Assembly: GCF_035084215.1 (NCBI RefSeq)
Contig: NC_090350.1
Coordinates: forward strand, 33,728,001 to 33,792,000
DNA from: Heptranchias perlo
Taxonomy: Eukaryota
DNA: 64,000 nucleotides
Direction of reading: 5' to 3'
Positions 53,501-64,000 of the stretch are shown here, piece by piece. Positions within the stretch are counted from its first letter, which is position 1, and each line of letters opens with the position of its first letter. The position numbers were made by a program, and so were the translations under genes. The notes beneath the pieces are model-generated. The model did no database searches. It was not told the origin of the DNA and worked only from the letters and a program-made list of their open reading frames with translations.

Positions 53501-56500
53501 ACAATGGACACTAGTTACCCTGTCATGTGATTGCATTATAAAATGTTATCAACTTCTGTATGTTCAAAAACAACTTGCATTTATAGAACGGCTTTCGTGT
53601 AGCAAAAATGTGCTAGGGTGATTCACAGTTGGGGGAAGGGGTCAAATCACAGTAAGATTTGGGGAGGGAGTCTAAGGATGAGGTTATAATGAGACTTTTG
53701 ATGGTCTGGAGAGAAAAAGCAACGTAGGGGAGGTTGAAGAGAATTTGGGTGTAGATGACTGACGGCTTTGAGACCTTAAATATATTTGCTTTGTGCAATT
53801 GAGAAATAATGATGAAAGGTCAATGCCCATCGTGTAGGACATCCCTAAAGTTGCTACAGTGTCCATGAAAAGTTGATGAGATATTTAAAGTACTCTTTGG
53901 AGTATCGTAAACCTGTCTGGATTCAGGGAGACATCTGAGATGTAGCAGTGTGGAAATTCTCACATCACTATCATCTTTGTGTCTCTTTTAGGAGAGACAA
54001 AGGCAGTTAGATTGCTCAACTGGTTGTAATTATATGTTGACTCTTAATTACGTGTGTTTGCAATTTTACCTATTTTGTATTTCTCCTAGGCAAAAAAAAC
54101 AATAAAATACTAATAACATTCTTCAAATATTGGTATAGAATTCACATGAGTTGTTAATACATTATTTAGGCATTGCTAGAACGGACAGGCTACACTTTGG
54201 ATGTAACTACAGGGCAAAGAAAGTATGGTGGTCCTCCTCCTGACGGTGTGCATTCAGGTCCACAGCCTGGAATCGGAACAGAGGTTAGTAATTTACTATG
54301 ATAAGGTATCAATACTATAAATTGTTGAACTGGTTCAACTTAGAACATGCTCACATGAGGGCATTTGTTCTGAGCTTCAGTTGTTAAGTTTAAAAAGAGA
54401 ATAGGTGTACAAAGAATTCATGAATGTGAAATCAATATGTAATGTTTTGGAAGGTTAGAATCAGTGCATCTGACAACAACTTCACTGTCGCCAAATTCAT
54501 CCTGTGTACTTTACTATGGCGCATCTTTTATGTAAGCCGTTAGTTTATTTTCTTATTCCAAAATTATTTAATTTGAATTATGTTAATAATTCAGATCATA
54601 AAAGAAAACGACACCTTTGCTGTTTTATTAAAATAGCTTAATTCGAACTACTGGATCATTAGAATTTTTGAGGATAAACCCAAAATTGAATTAACAGCAG
54701 TAAACTGTACCAGCAGGATACAACTCACTCAAAATACATGCACTTGTAACTTTTTTTTGTTGAATCATTACTGTCTTTCAAGGAAAGGAACCTGCAACCC
54801 CTACCTAGTCAAGCTTACACATTACATTAGTAAACAGACTAGGGCTCTGATAGAGGTCTTTTAAGATAATGAAAGGGTAGATGTAGAGGAAATGTTTCCA
54901 CTTGTGGGTGAGTCCAAAACTAGAGGTGATCAATAAGATAGACACTTACAAATCCAATAGGGAATACAGGAGAAATGCCTTTACCTAAAGAGTGGTAAGA
55001 ATGTGGAACGTGCTACCACAAGGAGGTAGTTGAGGCAATAGCATCGATGCATTTAAGGGGAAGCTTGATAAGCACATGAGGGAGAAAGGAATAGAAGGGT
55101 ATGCTGATAGGGGGGAGGAGGCTCTTGTGGATTATAAATGCCGGCATAGATCAATTGGTCCGAATGCCCTGTTTCTGTGCTGTAGACTCGATGTAACATC
55201 GTGGTTGATTCTTAATGTCCTCTGAAGTCATTCTGTTGTACAGACAGTTGCTTAAAGGATGAGCAGCCTTGCCAGCATCACCCACATCCTAACACCAAAT
55301 AAAAAATAAGTTTTGGGTAGTAATAAATGCACTTGCACGATGCAACAACCGAGCTATACAGGCTAGAGAGGGGCAAAGTCAGGCAGGGTTCCCTGATGGA
55401 AAGACGAAAAAAAACTTGCATTTATGTAGTGCCTTATGATGTCTTCAGGATATTTCAAAGAACTTCAGTTAGTGAATTATTTTTGAAGTGCAGTCACTGT
55501 CTTGTAGACCAACAGCAGCCCATTTGCGCACAGTAAGGACCCACGAGCTTTTTGCTGATGGCACCTCTCACTGTAGCACTCCTTCACTGTCAGCCTAGAG
55601 TATATGCTGAAATCTTGGAGTGAGGCTTGAATCCACAAACTTGTAACTTGGACGAGAGTGCTACCAACTGATCCAAATTGACGCTGTTTTGTCGTTGTGT
55701 GGCTGTCGGTGAGGACAGGATTAGGTTTAGCTGTAATGTGCACATGGTCAAATAGCCTGATGATGCTTGCTACCTCAGTGTGCCCATGAAGAATGGCTAC
55801 TTGGAAGACATATGAGGGCTGCTTTCACCCATGGTACTGCTCATCAGCATAAGTCAACCTTTAGAGGAGAAGGGCAGAAATTGAATTGGAAATCTTCACC
55901 TTTTTCTGCAAATGTGACATTACATGTACAATAAAGACAATTTCCCATAGCCCAAATTATCTGAGTATGTACGTAAACACCGTCTGCTGCCTGCATCCCA
56001 ATCCACATTGACGTATATAAATTGATTTTGTCATCTAAGTGGCCGCTGCATAGATCAAACCCCAAATTTCTGACAGCAGATGGAGGATGTTAAGGTAAGA
56101 GAGAAAAGGAAGGAGGGAGAGTTGACTTTTTGTACATGCACATATTAATTTGGACTGCTTACTTCATACCCTGGGGATTACTAAGTGTAACTGTTAGTAA
56201 TTGTTCCTTGCTGCTTCTCACTAAGGTTCCAAGTCTCTTGAATGTGGAATCGGAGTGCGTCGACTGCAAAGCATGTGTTTCCTTGTTAGCTGTCTTCCAT
56301 ACAGGATTAATCCATAGCTGAAGGCGACTAACTGACCTTGTTTTGTTTTAGCACCAAAACATACTTTTACCTTGTTGGTTGAGTAACATACTGAGATTCA
56401 CAAACTTAATTTACATAGAATTACAGCACAGAAACAGGCCATTCAGCCCAACTGATCTATGCCAGTGTTTATGCTCCACACAAGCCTTCTTCCACCCTAC

Positions 56501-59500
56501 TTCATCTAACCCTATATGCATAAACTGTTCCTTTCTCCCTCATGTACTTACCTAGCTTCCCCTTAAATGCACCTGTGCTATTATTTCTAATCTTATTTGA
56601 GAGTTCTACACTGTTAACATTCTGAAGAGGAGTGAAAGATTATATTAGATAGGTTATGGCATGGGCAAATATTCTCAAGTTGCATTTACAATTTGATTGC
56701 TTTGGTACCATAGGTATTCGTTGGGAAGATACCCCGGGATTTGTATGAAGATGAATTAGTTCCATTGTTTGAAAAAGCTGGTTCTATCTGGGATCTGCGA
56801 CTAATGATGGACCCTCTGTCTGGTCAGAACCGTGGCTATGCTTTTGTGACTTTCTGCAACAAGGATGCAGCACAAGAGGCTGTCAAACTGGTAAGAATCA
56901 TTTCTATTTTAATACTAGAATTCCAAAATCCATGCATAAAAACAGATATAAAATTTAGACTATACTGCAGTTTTTTTTGGACGTGTCAGTTTTTCAAAAA
57001 ATCTTTTCTACCCAAAGTGCTGCAATAAAGGTGAGAGTTTCCATTGAAAATCACAGTGCCTGATATATCTGGATTGGGAAGGACCACTGCACAAATGTTA
57101 ACACAAGTTGAATCTCTACATCTTTTCTTTTGTAGTGCGATAACTATGAAATCCGTCCTGGTAAACACATTGGAGTTTGCATTTCTGTGGCCAACAACAG
57201 GCTGTTTGTCGGTTCCATTCCAAAGAACAAGACCAAGGAAAACATAATGGAAGAATTCAGCAAAGTCACAGGTTAGGACAGAGGACACCCAGATGGCAAA
57301 AAACAATGTATACCTTTTTTAAACTATTATGAGTTTTTAAAAATCTGTGGATGTGCATCTCAGGGCTGGATGGAACTTCTGTTCCTTTAATTGTGATCCA
57401 CCACTTCTGTTCCTTGTTTAGAACTCAAAATAACTGCTGTGCACACTTTCTTCACAAAACAGTGACACTTTTTTTGTTTGCAAATTATTACTTATTACTT
57501 TCTGGAGCTCCCTGTATTTTGCAGCATGTATATGTGGCAAACACACACTTGCATTATTCACTTCAGTGCTGCGCTATAAGAGGTGCTATGCCGTCTTTCA
57601 GATGAATGTTAAACCAAGGCCCTGTCTGCCCTTTCAGGTGGATGTAAAAGATCCATGGCACTATTTCGAAGAGTAGCAGGGGAGGACCCCGGTGTTCTGG
57701 CCAATATTTATCCCTCAACCAACATCACTAAAACAGATTGTCTGGTCATTATCTCATTGCTGTTTGTGGGAACTTGCTGTATGCAAATTTGCTTGCGCAT
57801 TTGCTTACATTACGACAATGACCACACTTCACCGGCTGTAAAGTGCTTTGGGACGGCCTGGGGTTGTGAAAGGTGCCATATAAATGCAATTTTGTTTTCT
57901 TTTACAGATTTCAGTTCTTAATATATACAGTTCTTAATATACTTAATCATTGTGCTTCTACTTCAATATTATCTTACAATCACTACTGTTGTAAATTTCC
58001 CTGTTCACGAGGCATTGAGAGTGCGATGCATGCTCTAAATATTTGGACAGTCTGATTTTGAACGGAGTAACATTTAAATTTTTTTTTGGTGTGAATTTCT
58101 TCGTGCGCATTTTCAAATTAAGCGATGTTTGTGGTGGGGAATGGAAGATGTAGCATTTTGGGCATCTAGTGCCAACATGAATTCTATGATTCTATGAAGT
58201 ACAGCTAGCTGGTCAAGTATAGCAAATGGTGGCTCTAACTGGAATAATTTCTAGAACAAAATGCTAGTGTCCTATGTAAATCGCTGCTGCCCAAACACAA
58301 GCCAGAATGTTTTGTCAATGCAGAGCAAGTTTTTTGCTATGTATTAAAATATAATAAATGCCACTTAGATTTTTTTTCTGCAAATGAAATTTCCACCAAC
58401 TCCAACATTGTGGTGATGTTGAATAGTGCATGACTCCAACATTGAATATTTTATGATGCAAATTAGTACCAAGCTATGTATGGAGTGTTGGAGGTTATTG
58501 CATCTTTTGGAGCTAACAGTGACTGGATAAGAAGTTAAAGATCAAAATGCAGACTAAATTAAGCATGAGATACCACAATTCTGATTTTTTGGCTTCGGAA
58601 CAATGTTCGGTATCTGTTCAATGACTGTCGAAGAATTGGTATTGCTGGGCAGCCAACAAAGTATAAAGAAATTTATAGATTTGGAAGAAATATCCAAGAT
58701 AACCATAGAAAGGTTGCCATCTGCCACCTTCAATGATTTGTGCCCATATACCCTCAGAGTAAGAGTTGGAGGATTGTTATTTATCTTTGTGATTCAAGTT
58801 GTGATCTCATTTCTGATATTTTAATCACAATGGTGTTAATTGCCTTGTAACTTTTGGTTATGTGATTGTTTTATGGTGTTATGCCCACTTGAACTTCATG
58901 ATACATTGGGATGTATTGCAGATGAGGTGGAATTAACTTTTGGATGATGGATTCTAACTTGTCCTTCTGTTGGTTAGCACAGATTTGTTCTGTCAAATTA
59001 ATTTTTCTTTTCCTCTTCTGCAGAGGGTCTCACTGATGTTATCCTTTATCATCAGCCTGATGATAAGAAGAAAAACAGGGGCTTCTGTTTTCTAGAATTT
59101 GAGGATCACAAATCTGCTGCTCAGGCCAGGCGAAGATTAATGAGTGGCAAGGTTAAAGTGTGGGGAAACGTAGTCACTGTGGAATGGGCAGACCCGGTAG
59201 AGGAACCAGATCCGGAGGTGATGGCAAAGGTAATGTGTCCAAAAGCAAACGGAAAATTATTTTTTAGCAAGAGAATAATGCTCATATTTAAATGGACAAA
59301 AATGTTCCACAAGATGCCAAGTGGCCTATGGTTTGGTTTTGTTGTGGACAAAACCTGGAGCCAACATATCTTGTCATTTTATGTACTACAGCATTGTAAC
59401 AGTTGTACTGGCATCTATTAACAAGCTACTTGAGTGCACAGTTTAGCAATGAAAATTTTTCAAAACAATTCAGATTTCCTTCTAATGCACAAAGTAAATT

Positions 59501-62500
59501 GCAAATGTCATACTTAGTTTTTTATCTTCCAGGCTGCACTGAAGCTGTTCAGAGGTCTAGATTGGATCCAAGTTCTAGCTCTATTGCTTTAATCAACTTT
59601 TTTTCTGATGTCTTGTTCATATTCAATGTCACGTTGATTTAATTAACTGTATTTGGTGATTTGCCATCGAGTACAAGGGATTTGCCAATTTATTACTGGA
59701 TGCATTTGGTACTAGTGCAGTATTGTGTTTCAGCATTTGGGTTTGAAGTCATAGTTGGCATTGGCCAAATTTGTTTTCTGTTTCCCCCCCCCACCCCATA
59801 CAGGTCAAAGTGCTGTTTGTAAGAAACCTGGCCAGCTCTGTAACAGAAGAAATACTAGAAAAGACTTTCAGTCAGTTTGGAAAACTGGAACGGGTGAAAA
59901 AGTTGAAAGATTATGCTTTTGTTCATTTTGAGGACCGGGATGCAGCAGTAAAGGTTTGTGCAAGTTCAGCTGTATAATCTATTTCAGTTGACAGCATAGC
60001 TACATACTTCGGTTAGTGGCACAAAGTACCACATTCATAGAGATTACCATGATGTTTGCAAATTTAGTGATGAATGAGGTTTTTGCAATATAAATTCATT
60101 GAAAAAGGTTGTCACCCTATTGCATGTTTAAGGTAAATGTAAGGAATCTTACAACACCAGGTTATAGTCCAACAATTTTATTTGAAAATCACAAGCTTTC
60201 GGAGATTATCTCCTTCGTCAGGTGAGTGAGTGAATGAGAGGTTCTCAAATCGCATATCTTACACTTCATGTTTAAGGTAAACTAACAGATTCGTATAAAG
60301 TTCAGAATTAATAATTGGACCATTTTGTGTACAACCCCAGGGCATGTGCTTGTAACCTGCCTGAATGTTGCTTTTTAGTAACACCATATTCTTCATTTGA
60401 TTTCCCCTTCCCCAAAACACAATTCCAGTGGAATAATGTATTCCATTTAAAACATTCATATTATTTGAACAGATTGCAATATAATTGGCATGCAAGATTC
60501 CAAATAAATTAAAAATCTAACATCTGACATTTTTACTTAAGTTCCCTCCACTTTTCAGTCACTGACCTTTCAAAACTGGGAACATTTGGAACTGTTTGCA
60601 TGTCTTGTTTGTGCTTTAGCAAGAAGCAAAATGATACTTCACCTGCAACCTAGATGGATTTCTCTAGAGGATAACCAAACTTTATGAACCAAATTTTGCT
60701 GTAGCAGGGCATCCAATGGCGTCTGCCATTGGTTAAACTTGTCTGTGCACGTCTTAGTTTTTAAATTTTTTGCATGGCAAGTTGATGAAAGTGCAAGCTG
60801 ATGACATCACAGTGAGGGAAACAGGGCATCTGGGACCTGAATGAACAGGGCAAGCAACTGAGCAACTCCTTAACCAATCAGCTTGAAGGATTGTGAAATG
60901 AACAGTGCAAGGACTGAGAAGGAAGTGTAAATTCGAGTGGGTGAATTCAATGTCGAATCAGGTACAGAAAGAGAAATTGAGAGAAACGAGGTAGAAAGGA
61001 AAAGTTTAAAAAAATTAATTAAATTTACATTTTTAAAATCTTCAACATTCAATGTCAAATCAGGTACAGAAAGATAGAAATATAGATGGGGAAAGAAAGA
61101 TTGGATTAAGAAAAAGAGAGAAAAGTAAAGTAAAACTTTTAAATTTTACTTTTTTGAAATCTCCAACAACAATTAAAACCTGAAGGAATGAGATTCCACA
61201 CTTGTAATAGTTAATTTTCAGTGCTAGAGGTTGATTGGCAGTAATTAACACTTATCACGTCATTAAAAGTATACTTAAACTGGAATGGACAAGACGTAAC
61301 TTTCTGTAACGAGGTTAGTTTGTATCTACCGCGCAAGTACAGCAAATACATTTCAGTGGTGAGGCGGTTTTCATAAAGCTAACGGTGGAGCAGCGCAGCT
61401 TGGACAGCAACTTTTGGATATTTGAATTTAACCGTGCATGTGACCCTCACCTGAAGTTGCTGTACCATTTGCACATAAATAGCAGCAAGTGCCATTAGCC
61501 TCACCGTTATTTTGACAGCAAAATCTGGGCCAATGTATGTCATCCTTCACAAAACGTGCCTTCTGAGAGTAGTGCATGCTTTGAACTACATGTGCTTCAT
61601 TTTTGTATTTGTAAAAAAAAAGTCACCTCACCAACGTAAAAATTTATTTATGAATTAACTTCAGTTATACTTCTTTAGAAAATACGCATAATGGGAATCA
61701 ACAATGCTTTGTCTTACTGAACTTTCTGTACTTGAACATTAATTTGATACATTAGAAACTTTCATAGGCATGTGAGTAAAATTGATTAGTGAATATGGCG
61801 AATTAAATTTTTGTTTTCTTTTAATTCTGAATGTATTTGGAATATATATCATAAAAGTGGTGCTTTAGTGCATAACACATTATATCATGGTGTAACATGA
61901 CGTGGAATCATTACTGCCCGTTTCCTAAACAGCAAGCTCACGTTATCAGTCCTGCTATCAGGATAAAATCCAGTTAAGGTTGGAGGGGCTTTCCCTCTGG
62001 GCTGAGAGAGAAAATCATAATTCCAGGCCATTAACAAATTAAGTACAAGATACTTTACATTTATATTGAAACCAAGTAATCAGTGACAGAGTTAGTAAGT
62101 TTGCAGATGACACCAAGATTGGTGGCATTGTGGATAGTGAAGAAGGTTATCCAGGATTGCAACGGGATCTTGATAAATTGGGCCAGTGGGCCGATGAATG
62201 GCAGATGGAGTTTAATTTAGATAAATGTGAGGTGATGCATTTTGGTAGATCGAATCGGGCCAGGACCTACTCCGTTAATGGTAGGGCGTTGGGGAGAGTT
62301 ATAGAACAAAGAGATCTAGGAGTACAGGTTCATAGCTCCTTGAAAGTGGAGTCACAGGTGGATAGGGTGGTGAAGAAGGCATTCAGCATGCTTGGTTTCA
62401 TTGGTCAGAACATTGAATACAGGAGTTGGGATGTCTTGTTGAAGTTGTACAAGACATTAGTAAGGCCACACTTGGAATACTGTGTACAGTTCTGGTCACC

Positions 62501-64000
62501 CTATTATAGAAAGGATATTATTAAACTAGAAAGAGTGCAGAAAAGATTTACTCGGATGCTACCGGGACTTGATGGTTTGACTTATAGGGAGAGGTTGGAT
62601 AGACTGAGATTTTTTTCCCTGGAGAGTAGGAGGTTTAGGGGTGATCTTATAGAAGTCTATAAAATAATGAGGGGCATAGATAAGGTAGATAGTCAAAATC
62701 TTTTCCCAAAGGTAGGGGAGTCTATAACGAGGGGGCATAGATTTAAGGTGAGAGGGGAGAGATACAAAAGGGTCCAGAGGGGCAATTTTTTCACTCAAAG
62801 GGTGGTGAGTGTCTGGAACGAGCTGCCAGAGGCAGTAGTAGAGGCGGGTACAATTTTGTCTTTTAAAAAGCATTTGGACAGTTACATGGGTAAGATGGGT
62901 ATAGAGGGATATGGGCCAAGTGCAGGCAATTGGGACTAGCTTAGTGGTATAAACTGGGCGACATGGACATGTTGGGCCGAAGGGCCTGTTTCCATGTTGT
63001 AAACTTCTATGATTCTATTCTATGACTTCCTTTTGCTTGGCAAAGGATTTTAGGCCTGGGTGGATGGAAGGAATTGAGGTAAAGGCCTGGAGATGGGAGG
63101 ACTTAGGAATAAGTAAAATCACATACTTCGGTGACTGTACCTAGTAATATTATTGATGCGATCTATATAATGGAGAAATCAGGAAAACAAAATTAGGTAT
63201 TTTGAAGTATGTTATAAAAACTAGTTGATTCTACTTGAGTATACATGCCTAGCCTAATTTAGTCGCATGAGAAGGACCATGTTGTTTTGATATGAATTCT
63301 TTTGCATAACATTTGTGCTTCCCATCAATCTTGCAATTGATTTATAAGTTGAAAATACTATTGCTTCCTTTACATTATTTTTCAATGGTGCTTGGACCAT
63401 TTGAGACCATCCAGATCAATTGTGTTTTTAGCATACTCATAAATGTGAACTGGAGGTCATTTTTTAAAATTCCTGTTTTACCAGAACAACCTCTACAAGA
63501 TATGTTCCGCAGTTTCTAATGTAAAAGATTTAAACATTAACTTAGGTTGATGACTTGGTCATTGCATGGATATGTTGCCCTCTGGTAAGTTGTTGGAGAT
63601 AGTGACATCAATAGTAATTAATAAAAATTGAAATAACTGATGCCCAGTCTGTGTTTTGGCCTCTAGTCCATATTCCAATATTCCAAAATTTCACCAGTAA
63701 AGTCTATTCAAGGAAAAAGATGCATTTGGTATATAAAATTATTAACATTGGGCCTTCCTATCCTTTTCTATCAACATTTGTAATTACATTTTTACAAATC
63801 TTTTGGGTTTTTAAAATCCCGATGGGTTTAAAATACAAACTGTTTTCAGTTGATGCCTTAGACCCATTTAGAATCAAAAGATTGGTGACTGAGGAGGGGA
63901 GATGTGTAGGGTCTGAGTGGATGAGCTGAGATGGGCCGAATGGCATTCCTCTTGTGTATCTTGTACTCATGTGATTTTTTTTGCATAGGCGATGGATCAA
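50433..64000 (+). CDS. HNRNPR: HNRNPR (heterogeneous nuclear ribonucleoprotein R), truncated by the right edge of the window
   Basis: Coding exons 50433-50592, 52331-52449, 52804-52911, 54170-54283, 56714-56890, 57136-57271, 59024-59229, 59804-59953 and 63989-> splice in frame (acidic/NURR domain plus RRM1-3). Residues diagnostic for R rather than SYNCRIP: [72 protein letters not shown]. Confidence 0.97.
50813..51084. mobile_element. MITE with perfect terminal inverted repeats (PIF/Harbinger-like)
   Basis: GTAGGGCTCAAAATTA (50813-50828) and TAATTTTGAGCCCTAC (51069-51084) are exact reverse complements; AT-rich non-coding interior. Confidence 0.75.
52331..52449 (+). CDS. HNRNPR: HNRNPR coding exon 2
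   Basis: [39 protein letters not shown]. Confidence 0.96.
52804..52911 (+). CDS. HNRNPR: HNRNPR coding exon 3
   Basis: [36 protein letters not shown]. Confidence 0.96.
54170..54283 (+). CDS. HNRNPR: HNRNPR coding exon 4
   Basis: [38 protein letters not shown]. Confidence 0.96.
54850..55195 (+). mobile_element. CR1 LINE 3' end fragment
   Basis: GATAGAGGTCTTT.AAGATAATGAAAGG; GAGTGGTAAGAATGTGGAAC; 3'UTR CCTGTTTCTGTGCTGTA. Confidence 0.75.
56714..56890 (+). CDS. HNRNPR: HNRNPR coding exon 5 (RRM1)
   Basis: [59 protein letters not shown]. Confidence 0.97.
57136..57271 (+). CDS. HNRNPR: HNRNPR coding exon 6
   Basis: [45 protein letters not shown]. Confidence 0.96.
57560..57900 (+). mobile_element. 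Deu-domain SINE (SacSINE1-like), 5'-truncated
   Basis: GCCGTCTTTCAGATGA..GTTAAACC.AGGCCC.GTCTGC..AGGTGGATGTAAAAGATCC.ATGGCACTATTTCGAAGA..GGCCAATATTTATCCCTCAACCAACATCACTAAAACAGATT plus L2-like tail. Confidence 0.85.
59024..59229 (+). CDS. HNRNPR: HNRNPR coding exon 7 (RRM2)
   Basis: [68 protein letters not shown]. Confidence 0.97.
59804..59953 (+). CDS. HNRNPR: HNRNPR coding exon 8 (RRM3)
   Basis: [50 protein letters not shown]. Confidence 0.97.
60138..60266 (-). mobile_element. Short Penelope-type retroposed element with 15-bp TSD, containing a hammerhead ribozyme
   Basis: Identical CATGTTTAAGGTAAA at 60123-60137 and 60267-60281; homologous to 8118-8244. Confidence 0.88.
60189..60225 (-). 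ncRNA. Minimal type I hammerhead ribozyme motif
   Basis: Minus strand reads TCAC CTGACGA A GGAGA-TAA-TCTCC GAAA GC TT GTGA: helix I TCAC/GTGA, 5-bp stem II, palindrome AAGCTT. Confidence 0.8.
60686..61531. mobile_element. Non-autonomous DNA transposon (Harbinger-like), ~845 bp, with an internal tandem duplication
   Basis: Imperfect TIRs GAACCAAATTTTGCTGT / ACAGCAAAATCTGGGCC; internal ~100-120 bp duplication starting ATGTC.AATCAGGTACAGAAAGA at ~60950 and ~61052. Confidence 0.6.
62092..63024 (+). mobile_element. Young CR1 (HER1-type) LINE, 5'-truncated, open ORF2 C-terminus
   Basis: SKFADDTK runs into the uninterrupted ORF 62130-62939; tail TTCTATGATTCTATTCTATGA. Confidence 0.95.
63989..64000 (+). 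CDS. HNRNPR: HNRNPR coding exon 9, first 4 codons
   Basis: ttttttttgcatag/GCGATGGATCAA = AMDQ, the expected continuation (AMD.MNG). Confidence 0.8.

Noticed and set aside
60798-60830. CTGATGA...GAAA spacing inside the Harbinger-like element (also CTGATGA at 51786)
   Set aside because: Stem II cannot close with a viable loop and there is no helix I; the 51786 site lacks GAAA.

Overview
Vertebrate genomic DNA, very probably a shark (inferred from the repeat content: HER1/CR1 LINEs with ATTCT tails, SacSINE1/Deu-domain SINEs, shark-type Penelope ends). Four housekeeping protein genes can be built exon by exon with GT-AG boundaries: DNAJC8 (minus, exons 1-2, continues off the left edge), ATP5IF1 (plus, complete, 110 aa, head-to-head with DNAJC8), RPL13A (plus, complete, 205 aa, 5'TOP, hosting two SNORD33-like and one SNORD34-like C/D snoRNAs) and HNRNPR (plus, runs off the right edge). 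A tRNA-Trp(CCA) sits divergently about 190 bp upstream of RPL13A. The rest is mostly transposon debris (L2, CR1, Tx1/L1, SINEs, MITEs). The most interesting signals are: (i) three ~110-130 bp retroposed Penelope-type mini-elements, each carrying an intact minimal hammerhead ribozyme. Two have perfect 15-bp target-site duplications, stem II covaries between copies, and both intronic copies are antisense to their host gene. (ii) Two Tx1-type LINEs stacked head-to-tail at the same 13-bp target in the ATP5IF1 promoter. (iii) A 12 x 34-bp polypyrimidine minisatellite at the HNRNPR promoter. (iv) An RPL13A snoRNA complement that differs from the human one. All family assignments come from recalled sequences and were not checked by database search.
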